Assembly (NCBI GenBank): GCA_965279525.1
Contig: CBDIIB010000003.1
Coordinates: 160,001 to 224,000, forward strand
Length of the DNA stretch: 64,000 bases
From: Tagaea sp.
Lineage (GTDB): Bacteria; Pseudomonadota; Alphaproteobacteria; CACIAM-22H2
Direction of reading: 5' to 3'
Made by a program: the position numbers and the translations under genes. The notes beneath the pieces are model-generated. The model did no database searches. It had not been told where the DNA came from and saw nothing but the letters and a program-made list of their open reading frames with translations. Positions 56,823-64,000 of this stretch are shown one piece after another. The first letter of the stretch is position 1. Each line of letters begins with the position of its first letter.

Positions 56823-59074
56823 CCGTCCAGAACAACAAGTGGATCGGCCAGCGGACCATCCGGCCCGACGGTTCCGACAAGGTGACAGGGCGCGCGGCTT
56901 ACGCCGCCGACACGACGATGACCGGAATGATCTGGGGCAAGGTCCTGCGCAGCCCGCATGCCCATGCCCGCATCCGGTCGATCGATACGGCCAGGGCCGA
57001 AGCGTTGCCCGGTGTGCGGGCGGTGATGACGGGGATGGATCTCGTGGACTTCCCCGTCGACAAGTCAGTGATGCTCGGTATCCAGGACATGCGCTGGATG
57101 ACCCGCAACGTGATGGCGCGAGAGAAGGCGCTTTTCCCGGGCCATCCGGTCGCGGCCGTCGCGGCGACATCGGAGAGAATCGCGGCCGAAGCGCTCAAGC
57201 TGATCGACGTCGACTACGAAGTCCTGCCCTGGGTGATCGACGTCGAAGAGGCGATGAGACCCGGTGCCCCGATCCTGCATGATTTCGTACGATTCGAGGA
57301 CGCGCCGTCGAATATCGCCGGTGCCCTCGAGATCAAGCTTGGCGATGCCGAGGCGGCATTCGCTGCGGCCGACATCGTCGTCGAGCGGAGCTTCCGCACC
57401 AAGCCGGTCCATCAGGGCTATATCGAACCGCACGCATGTCTCGTCAGCGTCCTGCCCGACGGCAAGTCGACGGTCTGGAGTTCGAGTCAGGGCCAGTTCA
57501 TGGTCCGGGCGATGTGCGCGCTGATGACCGGGATCCCGCAGAGCGACATCCGGGCCATCCCGGCTGAAATCGGCGGCGGTTTTGGCGGCAAGACGATCGT
57601 CTATCTCGAGCCGGTCGCTATGGTGCTGTCGAAGAAATCGGGCCATCCGGTGAAGATGGTCATGACGCGCGACGAGGTCATGCGTGCGACCGGGCCAACG
57701 TCAGGCTCCTTCAGCACGGTAAAAGTCGGCGCCACGAAGGATGGCCGGATCGTTGCCGCGAAGGGGGCCTTCTATCTTCAGGCCGGCGCCTTTCCCGGGT
57801 CGCCGATCCGCGGTGCCGCCGGCTGCGCCTTTTCGCCTTACGACATCGCCAACGTGCATTCCGTGGGCTTCGATGTCGTGTCGAACCGTTCGAAAGTTGC
57901 CGCATATCGAGCGCCGGGTGCGCCGATCGGGGCCTACGCGGTTGAGTGCGTCCTCGACGAGGTCGCCGAAGCCCTGAAGATGGATCCATTGCAGTTCCGG
58001 CTTAAGAATGCGGCCAAGGAGGGGACGAAGGCAGCCTACGGGCCTGTTTTTCCGCGCATCGGCTTCGTCGAGACGCTCCAGGCGGCCGTCGGCCATCCGC
58101 ACAGCAAGTCACCGCTCGGGAATGCGCCGGCCGGCTTCAAGCGCGGTCGCGGAGTCGCCAGTGGCTTCTGGTTCAATGCCGGTGGCGAATCCAGCGCGCA
58201 GGTCAACATCACCGAAGACGGCAATGTCGTCGTGATTACCGGACATCCGGATATCGGCGGCTCGCGTGCCTCGACCGCCAACATCACGGCGGAACTGCTC
58301 GGCATCGACTATCGGCGGGTATCGGTCCTCATCGGCGATACGAGTTCGATCGGCTACAGCGCCCTGACTGGCGGCAGCCGGGTCACCTATGCATCCGCCA
58401 TGGTGGTCACCCATTCGACCGAGCAGGTCATCGCAACCTTGCGCGAGCGCGCGGCGAAGATCTGGAAGATCGATCCGGAAGCCGTCGTCTGGCAGGACGG
58501 CGAAGCGCGTCCGGCCGGCGACAATGCGGGCAAGTTTCCCCCGCTGTCGCTCGCCGATATCGCGGCCCGGGCAGGCGAGACCGGCGGGCCCATCGGTGCG
58601 GGCAAGCAACTGAATACGACGGGTGCCGAAGGCGGGTTCGGCACGCATGTCTGCGACGTCGAAGTGGATACCGAGCTCGGGATCGTGCGCATCCTGCGCT
58701 ATACGGCCATCCAGGATGCCGGCCGTGCAATTCACCCAAGCTATGTCGAGGGGCAGATGCAGGGCGGCGTCGCCCAGGGGATCGGCTGGGCGCTCAGCGA
58801 GGAATATCTCTACGACAAGAACGGCAAGGTCGATAACGCGACCTTCCTCGACTACCGGATGCCGGTCTGCTCGGATCTTCCGATGCTCGATACGGTAATC
58901 ATCGAGGTGCCGAATCCCAAGCATCCGCAAGGCGTGCGCGGCGTGGGCGAGATCCCGCTCGTACCGGCTTTGGCGGCAGTGTCGAACGCCGTCTATAGTG
59001 CTCTCGGCCGCCGGTTCTACAGCCTGCCGATGTCGCCGCCGAAAGTGCTGGCCGGGATCGACAGGGCCGGATGA
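56819..59074 (+). CDS. xanthine dehydrogenase family molybdopterin subunit
   Basis: KVTGRA, RSPHAHA, GGGFGGK, AYRAPG, GVRGVGE. Confidence 0.95.
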   Translation: MTVQNNKWIGQRTIRPDGSDKVTGRAAYAADTTMTGMIWGKVLRSPHAHARIRSIDTARAEALPGVRAVMTGMDLVDFPVDKSVMLGIQDMRWMTRNVMAREKALFPGHPVAAVAATSERIAAEALKLIDVDYEVLPWVIDVEEAMRPGAPILHDFVRFEDAPSNIAGALEIKLGDAEAAFAAADIVVERSFRTKPVHQGYIEPHACLVSVLPDGKSTVWSSSQGQFMVRAMCALMTGIPQSDIRAIPAEIGGGFGGKTIVYLEPVAMVLSKKSGHPVKMVMTRDEVMRATGPTSGSFSTVKVGATKDGRIVAAKGAFYLQAGAFPGSPIRGAAGCAFSPYDIANVHSVGFDVVSNRSKVAAYRAPGAPIGAYAVECVLDEVAEALKMDPLQFRLKNAAKEGTKAAYGPVFPRIGFVETLQAAVGHPHSKSPLGNAPAGFKRGRGVASGFWFNAGGESSAQVNITEDGNVVVITGHPDIGGSRASTANITAELLGIDYRRVSVLIGDTSSIGYSALTGGSRVTYASAMVVTHSTEQVIATLRERAAKIWKIDPEAVVWQDGEARPAGDNAGKFPPLSLADIAARAGETGGPIGAGKQLNTTGAEGGFGTHVCDVEVDTELGIVRILRYTAIQDAGRAIHPSYVEGQMQGGVAQGIGWALSEEYLYDKNGKVDNATFLDYRMPVCSDLPMLDTVIIEVPNPKHPQGVRGVGEIPLVPALAAVSNAVYSALGRRFYSLPMSPPKVLAGIDRAG

Positions 59075-59184
59075 CAGGCAAGTCGCGATTGCAGTCGATC
59101 GTCAGTCCTTCAGCGCGCCTTCCTTGACCAGAGTCTCGTGCGCCGCCTTGAATGCATACGGTCGCGGAAAAGTTGTGCTGGCTT

Positions 59185-60480
59185 CTATGTCTGTTCGACG
59201 CCGCCGTCCTGATATCTATAGTACGCGATCACGGCCGCCATTCCGATACGCCGCAGGAAATGGAACGGTATTGCCCGGACCGGCGACAGCGGGAAGGGGA
59301 GCGTCGAGCGATCGCCGCTCAGCGCATAGGCGGCGAGACGTTCGCCAATTGCCGTCTGCAGGCCGACACCACGACCGATGCAACCGACATCGACGATGAG
59401 ACCTGGCTCGGGTTCATGCAGATGCGGCAGAAAGTCGGCAGTGACCGCAACGCGTCCGCCCCATCGATACTCGAACGGCACGCCGGCCAATTGCGGGAAC
59501 ATCTTGCCGACGACGCGCTCAAGATGCGCCCAGTCTTCCGGTCCGGTCGGTTCGCGGAACGGACCTCGCCCGCCCATCAGCAGTCTTCCTGTGTGATCGA
59601 GGCGAAAATAGAGCAGAAGCTTTCGCGTATCCGACGAGACATGCCCGAGTGGGAAAATGGAGCGGCGCAGGTTGTCGGACAACGGTGCTGTCGCCACCAT
59701 GAAGGAATTCACGTCGATGAAGGTGCGGTTCAGGCCCGGGACGATGTCGCCGCTGTAGGCGTTGGCACAGACGACCACCTTGCGCGCCGTGACACGCGAT
59801 CCCCGGGCGGTCACGACGTCGAAACGTTCGGCCCGCCGCTCCAGTCCGGTGACAGGGGAGTCGCCATGAATTGCGGCGCCGGCGGCCAGTGCCGCGCGTG
59901 CTAGGCCGCGCGCATAGGAAAGCGGCTGGATCGCACCGCCGCGTGGATCGAGCCAGCCGGCCCGGTACGAAGATGTTCCGAGAAGCTTTGCCGTCTCGTC
60001 GCGATCAAGCATCCGCGCGGCGACACCTTGACGCGACCATTGCCGGACGCGCGCCTGTGCGAGCGCAATGCCTTCGTCCGAATGGGCGCCCTGGATCCAG
60101 CCATTGCGCTGATGGGGAACATCCATCCGATGCCGTGCGATCAGCTCGAAGACGCGTTCGGCGGTGGCGCCGGCGAACTTCACGAGATCTCCGCCGCGTT
60201 CAGGCCCGAACTTCGCCACCAGTTCGTCAGGATCGAACTTGAGACCGGGAATCACCTGTCCGCCGTTGCGGCCTGAAGCACCCCAACCGGGTTCTCGGGC
60301 TTCAAGAAGGACGACGTCTGCGCCCGCTTCGGCCAGATGCAGCGCCGTCGAGAGGCCAGCGAAGCCGCCGCCAACAACGCAGACATCCGCTTCCCGGTCG
60401 GTGTCGAGCGGTGGCGTTGCCGCAGGCGGTGCTGCGGTCGCTGCCCAGAGCGACGGTGCCAGCGGAAACGGCTGTATCAT
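59185..60480 (-). CDS. FAD-dependent oxidoreductase (DadA/PuuB family)
   Basis: VGGGFAGLS, GASGRNGGQ; ATGA overlap with the upstream gene. Confidence 0.9.
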   Translation of the reverse strand: MIQPFPLAPSLWAATAAPPAATPPLDTDREADVCVVGGGFAGLSTALHLAEAGADVVLLEAREPGWGASGRNGGQVIPGLKFDPDELVAKFGPERGGDLVKFAGATAERVFELIARHRMDVPHQRNGWIQGAHSDEGIALAQARVRQWSRQGVAARMLDRDETAKLLGTSSYRAGWLDPRGGAIQPLSYARGLARAALAAGAAIHGDSPVTGLERRAERFDVVTARGSRVTARKVVVCANAYSGDIVPGLNRTFIDVNSFMVATAPLSDNLRRSIFPLGHVSSDTRKLLLYFRLDHTGRLLMGGRGPFREPTGPEDWAHLERVVGKMFPQLAGVPFEYRWGGRVAVTADFLPHLHEPEPGLIVDVGCIGRGVGLQTAIGERLAAYALSGDRSTLPFPLSPVRAIPFHFLRRIGMAAVIAYYRYQDGGVEQT

Positions 60481-61772
60481 TCGCGGTTGTCCATCCATCG
60501 GTAATACATGACCGACGGCGCCAGGAACCAGGGATTGCCCGTGTAGAACGGTATCGTGGGGAAGTCCAAACCGTCGAAACCCGTCGCACCGGATTTCTGG
60601 CCGAGTATCTTGTGGCCGATCCGCATGCCGAGGAAGCTGGCCATGCCGACGCCGGATCCGCAATAACCCATCGCATAGTGCATGCCTTCATGCGTTCCGG
60701 TATGTGCCAGTTCGTCAAACGTGTAGGCAACGAGACCGCACCAGGAGTGACTGATGCGCGTGCCGGCTAGTTCGGGAAACAGGCGGACCATCTCGGCACG
60801 CAGCTTGGGGCCGCTGACGCGCGGATCCGTCTCGCTGTGTGAAACACGTCCGCCGAACAGGATGCGACGGCGGTCCGGCGAGGCGCGGTAATAGTAGACG
60901 ACCTTGCGCGTGTCGCTGACGATGCGGTCCTTCGGCATTATGCGCGCCATGATTTCGGCCGGAATCTCTTCGGTCGCGATGATGTAGCTGCCGATCGGGA
61001 TCACGCGCCGACGCAACCAGGGCGTCAGCTTGCCGGTATAGCCGTTTGTCGCGATCACGACCTCGCGCGCGCGGACCTTGCCGCGGGGCGTCGTGACCGT
61101 GAATCCGTCCTGATCGCGCTCGATGCGGGTTGCGGGCGTGTGCGGAAAGACGGCGGTTCCCGCTTCCTGAGCGCGCGTGAGCAGGCCCGCGTGATAGCGG
61201 GCCGGGTTGACCGAAGCGTGGGCGGTCAGGACCACGCCGCCATGGTAGACGTCCGTTCCGAGTTCGCGGCGCTGCTCCGCACGCGGGACGATCTCGAACG
61301 GCACCTCGAAGCCTTTCGGCTGGTTCGTCATCTGGCGTGCGAGCGCCTCATATTGGGCCGGATTGTGGGCCGCATGGAAGCGCCCGGCGACGCGGAAATC
61401 GCAGTCGATCCGCTCGTTGCGGACGAAATCGCCGAGCCAGGCCAGCGAAGTCCGGCCGTCGCGAAGGATCTGCGCTGCCGCTTCCGGTCCGTGTCGGCGA
61501 ACAAGCTCGGCATGGCCGGGCTTCACGCTGGTCGAGACCTGCCCGCCATTGCGCGTGCTACAGCCCCAGCCTGCTTCCTCGGCATCGAGCACGATCGTGT
61601 GGCGGCCGCCGCGCGCGGTCTGCAGGGCGGCGTTGAGGCCGGTATACCCGGATCCGACGACGAGCACGTCGGTCTTCGCGGGAAGGTCCGCAGGCGCGAT
61701 CGACGGGCGCGGAACTTGCTTCCACCAGTACGGCGTGGTCCTGAAATCTTCGGAAAACATGTTGTTCTTCAT
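60477..61772 (-). CDS. FAD-dependent oxidoreductase (DadA/PuuB family)
   Basis: VGSGYTGL, GCSTRNGGQ, ATNGYT, GYCGSGV. Confidence 0.9.
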   Translation of the reverse strand: MKNNMFSEDFRTTPYWWKQVPRPSIAPADLPAKTDVLVVGSGYTGLNAALQTARGGRHTIVLDAEEAGWGCSTRNGGQVSTSVKPGHAELVRRHGPEAAAQILRDGRTSLAWLGDFVRNERIDCDFRVAGRFHAAHNPAQYEALARQMTNQPKGFEVPFEIVPRAEQRRELGTDVYHGGVVLTAHASVNPARYHAGLLTRAQEAGTAVFPHTPATRIERDQDGFTVTTPRGKVRAREVVIATNGYTGKLTPWLRRRVIPIGSYIIATEEIPAEIMARIMPKDRIVSDTRKVVYYYRASPDRRRILFGGRVSHSETDPRVSGPKLRAEMVRLFPELAGTRISHSWCGLVAYTFDELAHTGTHEGMHYAMGYCGSGVGMASFLGMRIGHKILGQKSGATGFDGLDFPTIPFYTGNPWFLAPSVMYYRWMDNRE

Positions 61773-63352
61773 CTGGGCGAACTCTTTCCAAGAACGAGAT
61801 CGGCGCCTTTTTCGGCCACCATGATCGTCGGGGCGTTCGTGTTGCCGGATGTTACCGTCGGAAAAACCGATGCGTCGATCACCCGGAGCCCTTCGATTCC
61901 GTAGACGCGCAAATCCGAGTCGACGACATCGCCTTGCGCATCGGGTCCCATCCGGCACGTGCCGACCGGGTGGAACACGGTCGAACTGCGCCGGCGGATG
62001 TCGGCAAGATGTTCGTCGTCGGTGCGGACGCCCGGTCCCGGCAGCATCTCGGCTTCGATGACGGCACCCAGGGATGGTGCCGCCGCAAGGCGTCGGAGCA
62101 GCCGGGCGCCTTCGATCATCTCGCGGACGTCGTGCTCGGTCGACAGCGAGTTCGGGAAGATCGCGGGCGGTTCTGCCGGATCGTTCGAGGCGATCTCGAC
62201 ATGGCCACGACTGGACGGGCGGCAGGGTTGTGCGCTCAGCAGGAAGCCCGGAAACGGATCGGGGCGCATCAGCGGCCGTTTGCCCGGCGGCGTGCGCGTG
62301 TAGCTGAGTGGCGAAAAATAGATCTGCATGTTCGGTCGGTCGAGTGCGGCACGCGAACGTACGAACCCGCCGCCCTGGTTGACGCTGAGCGCCAGTGGCC
62401 CCTTGCGGAACAACACGTATCGCAGGCCCGCCGCAATCTTGCCGCGCCATGAGCCGAGTTGCTGGTTCAGCGTGGGTACGCGCGCACGGTAGAGATGGTC
62501 GATGCAAAGATGATCCTGGAGATTTCGGCCCACGCCCGGATGGTCGCGCACGACCGCGATCCCGTGTGCTTTCAGGAGCCGGAATGGCCCGATGCCCGAC
62601 AATTGAAGCAGCTTGGGCGAATTGACGCTGCCGGCCGCGAGCAGCACCTCGCGTCGCGCCCGCGCGACGTGACGGGTATTGCCCCTCATGTACTCCACGC
62701 AGCTGGCCCGGCGGCCATCGAACACGATGCGGGTCGCAAGCGCGCGAGTCTCGACCTGGAGGTTTCCCCGGCGCATCGCCGGATGCAGATAGGCGCGGGC
62801 GGTCGATTGGCGCAGGCCGCCTTTCGTCGCGATCCGGTAGATGCCCACGCCTTCCGGATCGCCTGCGTTGAAGTCGGGGTTGAACGTAAAGCCGGCTTCA
62901 CGCCCTGCCGCCAGAAATGCGTCGCACAGTGGATGCACGTCGGTCGCGACATCGTTGCTTGCGATGCACTGCTCGGCCCGCTCGAAATAGGGCCATAAGC
63001 CGTCGGCCGACCAGCCTGCGTTTCCCTCCGCCGCCCAGTCATCGAAATCCCGTTTGTGGCCGAAGACATGCACCATTGCATTGATCGAACTCGATCCGCC
63101 GAGGACCTTGCCGCGCGGCCAGTAGCCGCGCCGGTTTTCGAGTTCAGGATCCGGTTCGGTGCGGTACATCCAGTTCACTTCGGGATCGAAGAATGACATG
63201 CCGTAGCCGATCGGTACCTGGATCTGGAAGCGTCGGTCGCTTCCACCAGCCTCAAGAAGCAGCACCTTGCTGAAGCCATCGGCACTGAGACGGTTGGCGA
63301 GCACGCAACCGGCCGACCCTGCGCCGACGACGATGTAGTCGACCTCGATCAT
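61769..63352 (-). CDS. GMC family oxidoreductase (choline dehydrogenase-like)
   Basis: GAGSAG, PRGKVLGGSSSIN, FHPVGTC, SGNTNAP. Confidence 0.93.
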   Translation of the reverse strand: MIEVDYIVVGAGSAGCVLANRLSADGFSKVLLLEAGGSDRRFQIQVPIGYGMSFFDPEVNWMYRTEPDPELENRRGYWPRGKVLGGSSSINAMVHVFGHKRDFDDWAAEGNAGWSADGLWPYFERAEQCIASNDVATDVHPLCDAFLAAGREAGFTFNPDFNAGDPEGVGIYRIATKGGLRQSTARAYLHPAMRRGNLQVETRALATRIVFDGRRASCVEYMRGNTRHVARARREVLLAAGSVNSPKLLQLSGIGPFRLLKAHGIAVVRDHPGVGRNLQDHLCIDHLYRARVPTLNQQLGSWRGKIAAGLRYVLFRKGPLALSVNQGGGFVRSRAALDRPNMQIYFSPLSYTRTPPGKRPLMRPDPFPGFLLSAQPCRPSSRGHVEIASNDPAEPPAIFPNSLSTEHDVREMIEGARLLRRLAAAPSLGAVIEAEMLPGPGVRTDDEHLADIRRRSSTVFHPVGTCRMGPDAQGDVVDSDLRVYGIEGLRVIDASVFPTVTSGNTNAPTIMVAEKGADLVLGKSSPR

Positions 63353-63407
63353 GCACGGACCGTCCCATTGAATTGGCCCGGCCGCGAGGTCCAGTCTGGA
63401 GAGAATC

Positions 63408-64000
63408 TCATACCATTCTGCGGCGCGCACGACGCGCCAGCGATTCGAGGGCAGGGGCCAGCTTCGCGATTCCCTCCTTTATGTCGCGCGGGTTCACGGC
63501 ACCGAAGCCAAGTACGAGACCGTTGTCTTTCGTCGGAGAGATAGAAAAGCGCGCTATCGGCGAGACGATCACGCCCATTTCGGCGGCCGCATCGGTCGCG
63601 GCACGTTCGGAGATGCCTTTCGCAAGGCGGCCGATCGTGTGCAGGCCACTTTCGGTCGGCACGATCTGAAGCAGGTCACCCAGCTTCCGGCGAGATTCTT
63701 CGCAGAGTGCCGCGTGCCGCTCCGCGTAGACGCGGCGCATGCGCCGGACATGCGTCGCGAAATATCCTTCGTGGATGAAGTCTGCGACGATCGCCTGCAC
63801 GCTGGTCGGCACGCCCTGGATGAAGGAAGCCGAGATGCGCTCGAACGTTTCGACGAGTGTGGGCGGGACCAGCATGAAGCCCAATCGCAGGGCCGGAAAG
63901 AGCGATTTGCTGAAGGTACCGACATAGATCACGAGCCCGGTCTGGTCGACGCTCTTGAGCGTGGGAAGTGGACGCCGTCCGAAGGAGAACTCGCCGTCAT
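63408..64000 (-). CDS. MocR/GabR-type PLP-dependent regulator (5' end outside the window)
   Basis: IYVGTFSKSLFPALRLGF, HVRRMRRVY, GLVLGFG. Confidence 0.88.
   Translation of the reverse strand, partial: DGEFSFGRRPLPTLKSVDQTGLVIYVGTFSKSLFPALRLGFMLVPPTLVETFERISASFIQGVPTSVQAIVADFIHEGYFATHVRRMRRVYAERHAALCEESRRKLGDLLQIVPTESGLHTIGRLAKGISERAATDAAAEMGVIVSPIARFSISPTKDNGLVLGFGAVNPRDIKEGIAKLAPALESLARRARRRMV

Noticed and set aside
55139-56965. 608-aa - strand ORF and similar long antisense or alternate-frame ORFs (e.g. 23959-25068, 24783-25964, 36047-37228, 37273-38427)
   Set aside because: They are shadows of well-supported genes in high-GC DNA and carry no recognisable motifs.
56819-59074. Aerobic CO dehydrogenase (coxL)
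   Set aside because: The active-site loop is AYRAPG, not AYxCSFR, and there are no cox accessory genes.
55130-59074. XDH-family enzyme supplying the aromatic starter for the APE cluster
   Set aside because: It is separated from the cluster by IS and att scars, and nothing but adjacency supports a link.
43877-62507. Apparent long N-terminal extensions or fusions in the ORF track (43877, 45561, 47408, 50423, 53375, 60663, 62507)
   Set aside because: The extensions overlap upstream genes; downstream ATGs coupled to the previous stop codon give family-typical lengths.

Overview
GC-rich window, probably alphaproteobacterial (inferred from gene content, tRNA fragments and repeat style). It looks like a mosaic of accessory blocks separated by mobile-element scars. 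(1) 1-2.2 kb: alpha/beta hydrolase, LysR and an SDR remnant. (2) 2.2-21.6 kb: a FadR/GntR-controlled, CoA-dependent carboxylate catabolic island (2x CaiB, CitE, 3x MaoC, acyl-CoA dehydrogenase, BKACE, MmgE/PrpD, SDRs, esterases, TauT-type ABC transporter). (3) 21.9-28.5 kb: a PdxA/TRAP/GntR/dehydrogenase/lactonase cassette with no transposase, bounded exactly by a perfect 23-bp inverted repeat that supplies the stop codons of both terminal genes. (4) 28.5-29.4 kb: att-site and IS3 debris, including the 3' half of tRNA-Pro(CGG). (5) 29.5-40.3 kb: an uncharacterised sugar-conjugate catabolic cluster (SIS protein, PfkB kinase, sugar ABC transporter, argininosuccinate-lyase-like enzyme, ROK regulator, PIG-L/LmbE protein), bracketed by a 210-bp degenerate direct repeat. 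(6) 40.5-55.1 kb: an aryl polyene (apeC-R) cluster with a PPTase but no methyltransferase. (7) 55.2-64 kb: an IS3 end and tRNA-Lys-like scar, a xanthine-dehydrogenase-family trimer, and a MocR/GMC/2x FAD oxidoreductase operon. All calls come from reading motifs by eye; no database searches were run. Start codons were adjusted from the ORF track where an RBS or translational coupling pointed to a later start.
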